Assembly: GCF_006345805.1 (NCBI RefSeq)
Contig: NW_021835511.1
Span: 1-59,380 of the forward strand
Direction of reading: 5' to 3'
DNA length: 59,380 nucleotides
Origin: Octopus sinensis
Taxonomy: Eukaryota
Position numbers and translations under genes: made by a program. The notes below the pieces were generated by a model. It searched no databases, had not been told where the DNA came from, and saw only the letters and a list, made by a program, of their open reading frames with translations. The number at the start of each line of letters is the position of its first letter. Position 1 is the first letter of the stretch. Positions 12,991 through 25,677 of this stretch are shown here, one piece after another.

Positions 12991-13951
12991 TACAACAAAT
13001 CCTCCCCTTCCCTACACCACACTCTCTCTATACGTCTCTCTCTGTACGTCTTTTTCTATACGCTTTTCTAGACTTTCTATCTCTTTCCATACGTCTCTCT
13101 CTTTTTCTCCAAGAGCCTGGCTTATGTGAAGCTTTCATTTTTCATAAGATTTTATGTCCGTATACGGAGTCAGTGAAAACCATGTCAACTAACTGTCTGT
13201 CAGTCTTTTCGTCATAACAATCTTCACCCTTCTTCCTATCCCCAAGCCTCACCTCAGTAGTATCTCTTAGCTAATGTGAAGCTTTCAGAGCCTATGACGT
13301 TAGCATATTGTCTATCATTTGAAATAATCTGCTCATTTACAAACTCTGCCTTTAAGTCTTTAGTCAAATCAAACAACACCTCTTCCTCTTCCTCCCTTTC
13401 CTTCTTTATGAATCTCGCTTTAGTGGACTTTTAGCTAATTGCGACCAATTCACATTTCATTACATTTGACGTCACGATGTCTTCTAACAGTCAATATCAA
13501 GTGTTACTAAATCTATCGGTTAGTCTTTGCTATCACATTCTCCTCTCCCCATCTCTCTGTCCCTTTCTCTTCACTTCTCCATCTCTGAGCCTTTCCTCGT
13601 CAAACTTCTGGCAAATGTTAAGTCTTCACATTTCCTATTATTCTATGTCACAACGACCTTTTCACTCTCTTTCTCTCCGTCTGTCTGTTTGTCCACCCTC
13701 TTCAAACTTATTTGCTCATTGCTATCGTAAACATTAATCTCTGTCTCTCTCTTTCTGTCTCTCTGGTGTTTGTTTGAAACAGAATTTTTATTGCCCCGTG
13801 GCACACCAGTTTGCCCAAACTTGTGATCTTTACTAAATGACTTTTGTTGACAAAGACCCCCAATAGTTTCCTCAGACCGTGGCTTTATATTTTCTCTCTT
13901 TCCTTTCTTTCTCTCTCCTTCCTACCTCTCTCTCTCTCTTTCGTGCACACG

Positions 13952-14016
<65 letters not shown>

Positions 14017-14584
14017 GAAGTTTCCATTTCTGTTTATACCCTATGATCTATTTTCATAGCTTAAACATTCAGGATACGCCATAGAGAAGAAAAACAAAAA
14101 CAACAACAAGCAAAACAGCGATCCCCCCAACAACAAGAAGGTCCAGAAAATGAGCAAAAACAAACCCAAAGAAAACCCCGCAAACAGTGCACCGAAACGC
14201 ATTACGCAGGTGAGTCTACGCAGTCATTCAACGTACAAATTGCACAGGTAGGAGTAAGCAGAGAAATTTGGAGGATTGGTGACCAATATGAAAACACGTG
14301 TCTGTTCACAGGAGATGTAGGTTCGGGCCTCATGCACAGCATACAACTGCAGCTATCCCGGGGGGTTTTTACCCCAGTATTTTCATGCTGTTATTTATTG
14401 CTTTACTTGTTTTGAATTACTTCATTTTATATTTTTATTTTTACCTGGCAAATCCAGAGGAAGTTGGGCAGAGATCATGTTTTTATCAAGCCCGCCATGA
14501 CTGATGAGAGGAAGGGAGGAGCGGGAGGTTATCTCAGACAATAAACTTGGTTTGAATGATTGCAACAGAGTGAACTCTGATGCA

Positions 14585-14840
14585 GTTGGTGTTGTTGCTG
14601 TTGCTGTTGAGCGAACAGTCTTCGTCCCAGAGCTCGCAAGATGGGAGAAGTCCGAAACGTGGTCCTTTGCTATTCGTAAGACCCGCAGAAGAGAAAGCAG
14701 GTCAACCCCCGACACCGAGAGCATCGAAGAAAGAGGAAGCAACAGGAAGAGAGAGTGAGAGAAAGTTGGGGCGAAAGAGTACAACAGGGGTCGCCACCAC
14801 CCCCCGCCGGAGTCTCGTGGAGCTTTAGGTGTTCAACGTA
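14585..14840 (-). mobile_element. SINE family C, 5'-truncated (no tRNA head)
   Basis: Colinear with the reverse complement of 40020-40290, with a (CAA/CAG)n tail. Confidence 0.85.
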
Positions 14841-15302
14841 GGCATCTACACGTCAATGTCTTCGGCGAGAATAACGCAACCTAACTGGGAGGGATCTTTG
14901 AAGAAGGACAGGAAGAAGTATATTGTGAGGGGTCTGGTAGTCGAGACAAAAAAGATTTAGAGGAGAAAAAGAGGAGGAGGAGGGTGAAGAGGAGGTTAGA
15001 CAGAGCAAGTGAAGTGGTTGTAGACTGAAGGGATATGTAGCTAGTTCCGGAGAGCAGAAGTTACCGTTGTAACAGCATTCAAAGATGCAGTAAGAAACAG
15101 CGTGTAGGTTAGGTGTTGGAATGTGTTGTTAAGTGATTCTTAACCAGTCAGGGAAATGGTCATGGATGGAGACGGTATGAAGGTAGGCAGTTCAGAATGA
15201 GGAAGGCAACGGTTATAATCGGGATGGAAGAGAGAAAGAGAAGGAACAGCGAGTTGTGAGTTGGATGTTGAAGCTTTACGAATCAACCACGTCGTTTTCT
15301 AG

Positions 15303-16368
15303 GATGTATGTGTGTGTGTATATATGTGTGCGTGTGTGTATGTATGTATGTATGTATGTATGTATGTATGTATGTATGTATGCATGCATGTATGTATGTA
15401 TGTATGCATGTATGTATGCATGCATGCATGCATGTATGTATGTATGTATGTATGTATGTATGTATGTATGTATGTATGTATGTATGTATGTATGTGAGCG
15501 TGTGTGTATGTATGTATGTATGTATGTTGTATGTATGTATGCATGCATGCATGTATGTATGTATGTATGCATGTATGTATATATGTATGTATGTATGTAT
15601 GTTTGTATGTATGTATGCATGCATGCATGTATGTATGTATGCATGTATGCATGTATGCATGTATGTATATATGTGTGCGTGTGTGTATGTATGTATGTAT
15701 GTATGTTTGTATGCATGTATGTATGTATGTATGCATGTATGTATGTATGTATGTTTGTATGTATGTATGCATGCATGCATGCATGTATGTATGTATGCAT
15801 GTATGCAGTATGCATGTATGTATATATGTGTGCGTGTGTGTATGTATGTATGTATGTTTGTATGCATGTATGTATGTATGTATGTATGCATGTATGTATG
15901 TATGCATGCATGCATGCATGCATGTATGCATGTATGTATGCATGTATGCATGTATGTATATATGTGAGCGTGTGTGTATGTATGTATGTGTGTATGTATG
16001 TATGTATGTATGTATGTATGCATGTGTGTATATATGTATGTGTGTGTATGTATGTATGCATACATGCATGTATGTATGTATGTGTGTGTGTATGTATGTA
16101 TGTATGCATGTATGTATGTATGTATATATGTATGTATGTATGCTTGCATGTATACATGCATGTATATATGCATGTATGTATGCATGTGTGTGCGTGTGTG
16201 TATATATGTATGTGTGTGTATGTATGTGTGTGTATGTATGTATGTGTGCGTGTGTGTATATATGTATGTGTGTGTATGTATGTATGTATGCATGCATGCA
16301 TGCATATATGTATGTAGTATGTATGTATGTATGTATGTATGTATGTATGTATGTATGTATGTGTGTGT
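15303..16368. repeat. About 1.07 kb compound (TATG/CATG/TG)n microsatellite with higher-order units
   Basis: Directly visible; source of the 288-368 aa pseudo-ORFs. Confidence 0.95.
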
Positions 16369-16759
16369 AGTAGCATAGAGTCATTCCATATATGGGATCA
16401 GTCATTCCAAAGTGGGTTCTACTTGAACTCAGAGGCTCAGCAACAATGAATTAACACTGAGTGTGTTTTTATCAGGGTCCACACTGTTGCAAGCATTTGA
16501 GCGGTTTTCTGGTTTGCGCATACTCTCCTTCCTCCCTTCTACTAACAAGTCTCGGAGGCTATGTAACAAGTCATGGACACTTCCTTCCCTTTTGATTAAA
16601 AAATAAAAGTGTGGTGACTCTACCAGGCATATTTCTGAGTCATTAGAACTCTTCGGCGAAGTCTAATTTGACTGTAACTGCTTTATCATAGAATGAATGG
16701 GGAGTTACAGATGTTTTGGGAATAAACAAATAGTGCACATAGTGGCACAATATCTTAAT

Positions 16760-17010
16760 CAGGGCCGGTGCTAGAAAGTGCGGTGCCCAAATACGAGAAT
16801 TGTCAGTGGGCCCTCTACTCTGCAAAAGCTGAAGACTGGTGTTTATGCATCGTGTATTGCGCCAGTCCCAGCCAGAAATCGTTGAAGGCTTGAAACTCTA
16901 CCGTTAGCCACGATGATATACTAAAAGTTCACCATACGTTCTCCGCTCGAGCGTGTGTGTGCGGGGCCCAATTTGAACAAATCTGTCCAATTGGCTTAAA
17001 ACCGGCCCCG
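16760..17010. mobile_element. hAT-type MITE
   Basis: TIR CAGGGCCGGT / ACCGGCCCCG; 8 bp TSD ATCTTAAT vs AACTTAAT (7 of 8 match). Confidence 0.75.
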
Positions 17011-17790
17011 AACTTAATTCACCATGTTAGATTGTCTTCCAATAATCAAACTAATCAATGTTTTTCTTTGACTCTCTGTAGGACAATCTAATTGTCTGTC
17101 CATCAGCTTGTGTATGTAAGTGAGAGAGAAAGAAAGAGAAAGAAAAAAGAGATGGGGAGAGAGGGAGAGAAAATCTGGCTGTGTCGTTAATCAACCGACC
17201 TATTGGTTTATCGTTTAGTATGTCTGTTTGTCCGCGCTTCTTCCGTCATTACTTCAGAAAGCACAACGGACGCTGCGCTTCATTGATGAGATCAGAATAA
17301 AATGCGAACATGTCCAGAGTTGTCTCACGTAATACCTTTTCACTAAATAAAGAAAATATTAGTTGTTGTATCGTACGTTTTTTTTTCTCATTACATATTT
17401 ATACCTAGTTGGTTTTTAATTGATTCCTCATTGCATCAAATATATTAATATTAATTAAATTATCTCGCTGGCTTTGCTTGTGAGCTGGACTCTCAATCAT
17501 CCTCTCTGCCTGTCGCTCAACCTATCAGAGTGCCTCGCTGCCTGTCAGCTGGATTGCTTGTCGTTTAAACCTCTCCTCTCTCCCCACCACTCATTCTAGC
17601 CCACCCCTCTCTCTCCAAGCCACTTAACGGCTTCTTCCTCTCACTCTCTTCCGTCACACTGCAGTCACACATCAGTTGATGTTTTTAGGCTATGCAATCT
17701 CTATTGACCGGCGCCGATCAAGCGAATGATTCGATAAGTGTTTTCTTGTTGAAGGCTCTTCTAGCTTCCTTCTACCCATACCATGCATGG

Positions 17791-17833
<43 letters not shown>

Positions 17834-17964
17834 ACACACACACACACACGGACGCACATTGTATACGCACTCACTTATACACACATATGAACACAAACAT
17901 TCACTCCGCCATGACCATCACTACATCACAACTTTAGCTGTCATTACAAAAGCACAACTGTCAG

Positions 17965-18390
17965 AATCACCTCTACTAGTCGACTTGCTACCAATAGCAC
18001 CTTAATTTCCTTAAAATCACACCCTATCAGTGGTTCTCAGCCGAGGTCCATTTGGCCCTTAGCAGGTCCATATAAGATTTTATTGTTAAAATTTATGCGC
18101 AATAAATTCCTTATACTTGTGACAACCCACAAAATATTAAAATTTTTTTGTTATTCGATTCCTAAAAATATTTGATCATTAAGATACAGCAAGATTCTTT
18201 TTATATACAGTGAATGGCTCTGGAAGTCCAGAAGAATAAAATAGGGATCAGAGGGGTCCATAGGAAAGAAATGATGAAAACCAGATTTAAATAAAGAAAT
18301 ATTGAATAATGTGATCCTAGATTCCACATAAAATGGTTACAGTCGGAATGTCTTCAGTCAAAGATCCGTTGGCTCTAAGCCACAATTAAT
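17965..18390 (+). mobile_element. SINE-like family D interrupted by a hAT MITE
   Basis: CGACTTGCTACCAATAGCAC..AAATCACACCCTA resumes after 18285 as ..GAATAATGTGATCCTAGAT..GGTTACAGTCGGAATG. Confidence 0.45.
18028..18285. mobile_element. hAT (Charlie-like) MITE
   Basis: 5' CAGTGGTTCTCA and a degenerate 3' TGAAAACCAG. The interior aligns with the split copy at 47561/53047. Confidence 0.7.
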
Positions 18391-18826
18391 CCATCAGAAT
18401 TGATGTAGACATCTCTGAAAAACTGAACGAGACACCTTTAAATCAGAAACCAATAGGGTTCGACAATCGACTAAGGCTGTTTAATTTGCCCTGTTGATAT
18501 ATATATATAGTGTACATTTAAGCACATAAGGAATCCACTCGTGGAATTAAACACGTTAGAAAGAACAGCTAGGTTCTATAACCACAAAAAATAGGGATAA
18601 AATTCGACAGGAACGAAATGAAAAAATAAAAACATTTTACCATCTAGTTTCCTGGACCAATTGGTTTCTGATTTTAGTTTAGTAAGCAAATAAATAATAT
18701 TTGCTCACGAGGTGAAATCGTCCTCAACAGGTACACCTTGGGTTAAATATATAAACAACGAGGCAATCAAACTATATGCTTCCCGTTTTAATTAATTTTA
18801 ATTAATTTTCCATTTCCCTTTGATAT

Positions 18827-18866
<40 letters not shown>

Positions 18867-19084
18867 GATGAGGGAACTAGATAATGTATTTGGTACGGAT
18901 CTTTATTCAACGCAACGATCGTTTCGACCCAACCTGCAGCTGTCCCTTACGGGTGGAATATTGTGCACCTAGTTGCGTTGCACTAATCAGTGCAGTCTGT
19001 GTTTCCTCAAGTGTTAGTGTAAAAGATATCCTCCGAAATATACTGAGTTTCTCCAGGCATTTTGTATTCTCTCGTAGTATGTGG

Positions 19085-19380
19085 GTACATACATACACAC
19101 ATACACACATACACACATACATACATACATACATACATGCATACATACATACATACATACATACATGCATACATACACACATACATACACATATACATAC
19201 ATGCATACATCCACATATACATACATACATGCATACATACATACATACATACATACATACATGCATACATACATACATTACACATACATACATACATACA
19301 TACATACATACATACATACATACATACATACATACATACATACATACACGCATACATACACATATACATACATACATATA
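19085..19380. repeat. (CATA)n microsatellite
   Basis: Directly visible. Confidence 0.95.
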
Positions 19381-20268
19381 CAAAGTGATTGAAAAGTAAC
19401 TCCCTATTTTAAAATACTTATGATTTATTTATTAACTACAATTTTTAGAAAATATGAATATATGAAGAAAGCGTATAGCATGGAGCTTTATTTAAAATTC
19501 GATATAGGTATCAGCATTCGCCACCAGCTTCTGAAGCCACCCAGGAACCGCATCAACCGGTTCCATCAGGTACTCTTGTAGGACGGAAGACATAACTTAT
19601 CGCATTCGCCCTTCAAGTTCTTCCAAAGTCGTTGTTTTGATAGAATAGACTTACTCCTTTAGCCATCCTCAAAGAAAAAAGTCGCAGGGTCTTAAATCAG
19701 GGCTTCTGGCCGGCCAATCATGCGGGGCTTCGACGACCCATCCATCTCCCAGGGAAGTGGGCATTCAGCCATTCACAAACAACAATAGCAAAATTGTGGA
19801 GGAGCGCCATCTTGCATAAAAATCAAATCTTCCATATTCTCCGAAGTACTGATAACTGGCCAGATTTAATCTCGCAGCAGGGTGGAGCACCTTTCAGCAT
19901 TCATGGTATTGCGAAGGAGGAGAGGACCAACAATCAGGTTCGAAGTCATTCTACGCCATACCGTTAACTTGGGTCGATTTTGCATTTTTTTTCAGAGGTA
20001 ATTCGAAGATCTTCTCCAGCCCAGAAGTGGCAGTTGTGACGGTTCACAAACCCACCGATGTGGAATACCTTCATCACTCCAGAGGATATTTTTAAAGAGA
20101 TCAGACCAGCTTTATAGTGCTTCTAAATTTCAAACAAAATAATCGATCCGAAAAAAAAGACAACATAAGATCAATTCCCATATATAAAAGAACATACACA
20201 GCTTTGAGAAAAAATTATAGTTAATAAATTATAAATATTTTAAAATAGGGACTTACTTTTCAATCACG
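19381..20268 (-). mobile_element. Tc1/mariner-superfamily relic with both TIRs, internally deleted
   Basis: TIRs GTGATTGAAAAGTAA(C/G)TCCCTATTTTAAAATA at both ends with a TA TSD. Minus-strand FMQDGAPP..WLNAHFPGRW..WPARSPDLRPCDFFL, with stops and frameshifts. Confidence 0.85.
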
Positions 20269-20384
20269 TATTAATATATATTATCAGTGCGAAACTGAGT
20301 AGCACCAGCTGGCTGATAACTGACGAAGAATTAGAGACCCTTCTGTGTTACGATTTTTACCTGTCGTTTGTTTATTTACAATAC

Positions 20385-20478
<94 letters not shown>

Positions 20479-20671
20479 GTGGTCCCCGGTTTGATTCGGG
20501 GTTAACCACAAGTAGAAATAAGGTACTCAATACATAGCAGAGTAGAAGCTTCCTCTATATAATAATAATATTATACGTATATATATATGTATGTATATTA
20601 TTATATATGGAAGACCTATGTATATATATATATATATGTATACATATGTATATAATAATGTATCATATATA

Positions 20672-20730
20672 TGATTGATTGATTCTAGTTTCAGCTTATG
20701 AGCTGTGGCCATGCTGGGGCACCGCCATTT
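20672..20730 (-). mobile_element. Retroposon 3' tail (SINE-B-like, probably RTE-type) with (AATC)n end
   Basis: Minus strand GGCGGTGCCCCAGCATGGCCACAGCTCATAAGCTGAAACTAGAATCAATCAATC, similar to the SINE-B tail. Confidence 0.7.
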
Positions 20731-21022
20731 CTGAAAATCGAGATCGAGCGAGCTTTTGCCCTTTTGCTCGACGTGTGGTTTCCGTCCACGCTGAGCTCGC
20801 CTTGGGACACCTGCGTTACCGTTTGACAGACGTACCGCCCCAGTTAAACTCCCCGACCGACACTGTTCTCGACTAAGGGTCGCGCATCGGCTGCGCCGGC
20901 GCCCGCAAAGGCGCTCGACATGCACCGCGCGCTTCGCACCAGATAATGAACCACGCTCGGCGACGGCCCGATCCCTTCTCCATCGAGTGAGCGAGGAAAC
21001 TACGGAAGTGGCGGTTTTTTCA
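20731..21022 (-). rRNA. 28S: Isolated fragment of 28S (LSU) rRNA, domain V including the P-loop (non-functional copy)
   Basis: Minus strand GGGGAGTTTAACTGGGGCGGTAC..GTCAAACGGTAACGCAGGTGTCCCAAGGCGAGCTCAG..AAGGGCAAAAGCTCGCT.GATCT.GATTTTCAG matches the conserved eukaryotic LSU sequence. Confidence 0.92.
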
Positions 21023-21024
21023 TA

Positions 21025-21052
21025 TTATATATACATATGTATATATATATAT

Positions 21053-21083
<31 letters not shown>

Positions 21084-21084
21084 C

Positions 21085-21115
<31 letters not shown>

Positions 21116-21185
21116 ATATATGTAATATGTATATATATATATATATATAATATTTAAATATATAATTATTTATGTATATATATGT

Positions 21186-21236
<51 letters not shown>

Positions 21237-21270
21237 ATATATGTATATATATATATAATTATATATATAT

Positions 21271-21304
<34 letters not shown>

Positions 21305-21345
21305 ATATATATATCCATATGCATGTATATATGTATATATATCAA
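21025..21345. repeat. (TA)n-rich microsatellite
   Basis: Directly visible. Confidence 0.95.
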
Positions 21346-22627
21346 TAATACAGTGATTGTTTCTTATCAGGAACAAAATGCTTAATAGGACTGCTATAGA
21401 AGTGCTCAATGATGAAGAGACAAATATATCAAACTAAAGATATAGAACAAACAAATGCAAGGTCATCCATAACATTTCATAACTCGAACATTTAATCATA
21501 GAAAATACATTTAGACATCACGGAAGATGGGATGTATTCATCTGTACAGCATATAAGAAAGTGCGAGAAAAAATGCTTGAATATATGTGAATACAGTTCA
21601 TCACGTTAAAAGTTAATACTTTAGCGATTAAAAAAAAAAAATTTTTTTTAAACCATTACAACACTAGAAGGTAAACGAAAAAAATATAGTATAAAGTAAT
21701 ATAAAATATATAGGTATATAAAATATATAAAAATATATAAATATAGGAAGCAACATAAAAAATATATAAGATCTAATGTAAAATAAAAAGGTTATCGTTT
21801 AGAAATCTTATAAAATTACTTATCGAATAAGAGAGGCCTTATAGTTAAAAAGAGGAAGGAGGAAACCCATATTTACTAATTCCCTATGGCCATTTCAGGG
21901 GTATATTATTGCGTTAAAGCATAGGGTGCATCACGCTAATAACTCCTCGTCAGGGGAAAAAATAGAGAGACAGACATCATCGTGAGCAGGCTGAACACAA
22001 TATTGTGGGTTTTCTTATTGAAGCAGTCATGCTAAGACGAGCCCAGAAGAAAGAATTAAAGCAGTAAAAAATTTTATTTTATATAAAGCAGTAAAAAAAT
22101 AATGGGTGTATTAAATTAAAGTAAATTAAATTGAACCTCCCTGGTTTCAAACCCTATAAGAGCTAAACTAGTTATTTTCTACGACTTATTTTATTTCTAT
22201 ACACTTTTAAAAATGTAGAAAAAAAATTATGGATGCAAAAGGGAATCACATCAGTAAATTTATTCAAAATGTGCGGTCCATAACCCCTAAGGATGGTAAG
22301 GGATTCCCTTATGCACAGCTTACCCTGTTAATATTTCCCTAAATTGGTTTTAGAGAAAATGGACCATTCTAGATAATAATTCTTATTATTTTTTCTTTAA
22401 ATTGTGTATATGGGATGCAAGGGTTGTGATTACAGTATTTTATCGATAGAAAATGAGATTAGTGTCTATACCTAGCCTTAAAATCTACTGTGCTACCTAT
22501 ATAAAATTTATTTAACCGATCCTCGTCCTTGACTACACATTTATATATAACGTTAGTAACTAGACAGGAACCATATAAAGGGCATAATTGGGGTTTCCCT
22601 ACAATGACACACACCACACACAACAAC

Positions 22628-23063
22628 ATATATATATATAGATATATATATATAGATATATATTATATATATATATATATAGATATATACTATTATATTA
22701 TATTATATCATATCTATATATAATATATACATATGTATGTATAATATGTATATAGTATATATATATATATTTACATATATAGTATATATATAATATATAT
22801 ATAATATGTATGTATATATATGTATATATATTATATATATATTATATATATATACATATGTATGTATATAGATGTATATATAATAATACATATTATGTAT
22901 ATATATGTATATAATATATATATATATATATACTATATATACATATGTATGATATATATATGTATATAATATATATATATATATCAGTATATTATATACA
23001 TATGTAGTAGATATATGTATATATATATATATATATGTATGTATATATATGTATATATATATG

Positions 23064-23095
<32 letters not shown>

Positions 23096-23280
23096 CACAC
23101 ATATATACTAAATATATATATATGTATATATATATATGTATATATCTATATATATTCATATATATTATATATATATGATTAATATATATATATATATATA
23201 TAATATATATATAGATATATAATAATATATATATATATAATACTATATATATATTATATATATATGTATATATATGTAGG
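22628..23280. repeat. (TA)n-rich degenerate microsatellite, about 650 bp
   Basis: Directly visible. Confidence 0.95.
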
Positions 23281-23495
23281 TGTGTGTATATGTTTGTGTG
23301 TCTGTGTTTGTCCCCAACATCGCTTGACAACCGATGCTGGGTGTGTACGTCTCCGTAACTTAGCAGTTCGGTAAATGAAACCGATAGAATAAGTACTAGG
23401 CTTACAAAGAATAAGTCCTGGGGTCGATTTGCTCGACTAAAGGCGGTGCTCCAGCATGGCCACAGTCAAATGACTGAAACAAGTAAAAGAGAATA
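23281..23495 (+). mobile_element. SINE-B 3' half
   Basis: GTTTGTCCCCAACATCGCTTGACAACCG...GACTGAAACAAGTAAAAGAG. Confidence 0.9.
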
Positions 23496-23507
23496 TATAT
23501 TTATATA

Positions 23508-23700
23508 TTTCGATTCTTGGAACGGGCGATGCGTTGTGTTCCTGAGCAAAACACATCATTTCACGTTGCTCCAGTCCATTCAGCTGGCAAAAATGGCTAA
23601 TCCTGTTACTGATGGGCGTCCTGTTCAGTCGGGGAATATATACATTACTGAAACCGGGAAAACGGCCCTTATGAGCCAGGCATGGTTCGAGAAGGAAACA
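23508..23700 (+). mobile_element. SINE family E (CORE-like), 5'-truncated
   Basis: TTCGATTC B-box remnant, then GTTCCTGAGCAAAACACATCATTTCACGTTGCTCCAGT..GAAACCGGGAAA..CGAGAAGGA. Confidence 0.7.
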
Positions 23701-23738
23701 TTTTATTTTAAATTTATATTTATAATAAGGTTAAAATA

Positions 23739-23977
23739 TCCTTCTCGAGCTCTAAGGACTCGTTAGAGCCAGTTTCCCGGTTTCCGTGGCGTTTATGTAT
23801 TTACACCGTGGAAGGGACGCCAGTCTGTCGCAGGATTACTCATCATTACTAGCTGGGTGAACTGGAGCAACGTAAAATGAAGTGGTTTACTCAAGAACAC
23901 AATTGCCTCGTCTAGGAATTGAAACGACAATCTTGCGAACATGAGTCTAACACCCAAACAACTCGACTGCACGCTTC
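23739..23977 (-). mobile_element. SINE family E
   Basis: Reverse-complement homologue of 23508-23700 that also has the tRNA-like head. Confidence 0.7.
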
Positions 23978-24162
23978 TACAAACTCACACACACACACAC
24001 GACGTACTTGGACACAGTTTCCGTCCACCAAACTCACTCCCCATTCACATGGCATTCATCGGCCTAGATCTAGAGCGAAAGACACTTACCGAAGGTACCA
24101 CGCAAAGGGGCTGATGGGACTGAACTCAATTCTACATGGTTTCAAAACAGCCAAGCCTGCCC

Positions 24163-24515
<353 letters not shown>

Positions 24516-24866
24516 AGATTTGTATATGGTGTCAGAGAATCTGTACAGATTCTCTGTATGTATGCTAACATCTTTTCTTAAATGTGTATTTAGTTTTCTC
24601 TTCAACAAACGAGGCATGAGATAAAGATATGTTCCGAATGAATTAACATTAGTAAACAACGAGTATTCAAGCAAATAGACTAACGCAAACACACGAAGAT
24701 ACAAAAGATACCACGTCTATTAGAGACACACAAATCATGCACATTGCATTCATAATGCATTCTAGAGTTGATGAACACATCGAAACCCTCATAAAGCAGA
24801 ACATTGCAAGTATTGATAAATTAACACCAACGTTATGCTACGAAAGCGCCAGAACTGAACATCTTA

Positions 24867-25233
24867 TCTCTATATATATAAACGGCAAAATGTCTGTGTG
24901 TGTGTCCTTTATACAAATCCACAATTTTTCAGTTAGAGGGCTCGCACTTTCTATGGTCATTCAAAACCGTCCAAGGGTGGTCGTGCACATCTTTATATTT
25001 CCCAGTCACCCCGCAAAGCCATTAAAAACTCAATAGAAGTGACTTTTTTTGTGAATGTTCTATCCAAAACCCAATCAAAATGCCCGAAACTTGATACGCC
25101 AATTGAATGCCCGCTAGCTGTATGTGACTGGTCGGAGATTTTGACAGTACTCACGTGTATGTGCGCACGCACGCAGCTGTATATGCATGCACTAGCACTG
25201 TATATGCATGCACTAGCACTATCATAGTGCTAG
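24867..25233 (+). mobile_element. Helitron-like non-autonomous element
   Basis: A|TCTCTATATATATAAA start and CTAG|T end; terminal palindrome ACTAGCACTAT-C-ATAGTGCTAGT. Confidence 0.5.
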
Positions 25234-25440
25234 TAAGTAATAACCTATGAGCTTGTAAATCTGCGAACAAGCTACTCATGATCCCACAACCTACCGCAAA
25301 CTTTATAACTTCTCGATGTTATAATTACCATACAAGTACGACACTCTCCCATCGGGTCACTTTATTCCTACAAGAAGGAACAATTGCAAAACAAAACCAG
25401 ATAAGAAAACATTCGTAGACAACACATCCATAGTCTACAG

Positions 25441-25677
25441 CAGTGTTTCTCAACCCTTTTTTCACCTATGGCTCCTTTTGGTTCCTATTTTACTTGGACG
25501 AACCCTCCTAACAATTCAACGTTTTTTTTGAAAAATCATAGTAAATTTTTATAGTTATATATTATAAGAAACTGCATAGAAAAATAAAAATATTTTGTGT
25601 ATTGCTTATAAATTCTAACAACAAAATCTTATTTGGAGCACCAAAGGCCATATATGGATCCCAGTTAAGAACCGCTA
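25441..25677. mobile_element. hAT (Charlie-like) MITE
   Basis: CAGTGTTTCTCAACC ... GTTAAGAACCGCTA imperfect TIRs. Confidence 0.65.

Noticed and set aside
15256-16405. 288-368 aa ORFs (MYVC../HTYI..), and similar ORFs at 4.4-5.0, 6.7-7.2, 10.6-11.0, 18.9-19.4, 22.7-23.3 and 26.9-29.4 kb
   Set aside because: Translations of stop-free microsatellites, open in many frames on both strands.
20731-21022. Functional rDNA unit or R2/R4 insertion site
   Set aside because: Only about 290 nt of LSU with no other rDNA nearby. The R2-type target sequence (TTAAGG/TAGCC) is not in the fragment.
21360-22620. AT-rich unique-looking block, possibly a retroelement remnant
   Set aside because: No recognisable motif or second copy in the window.
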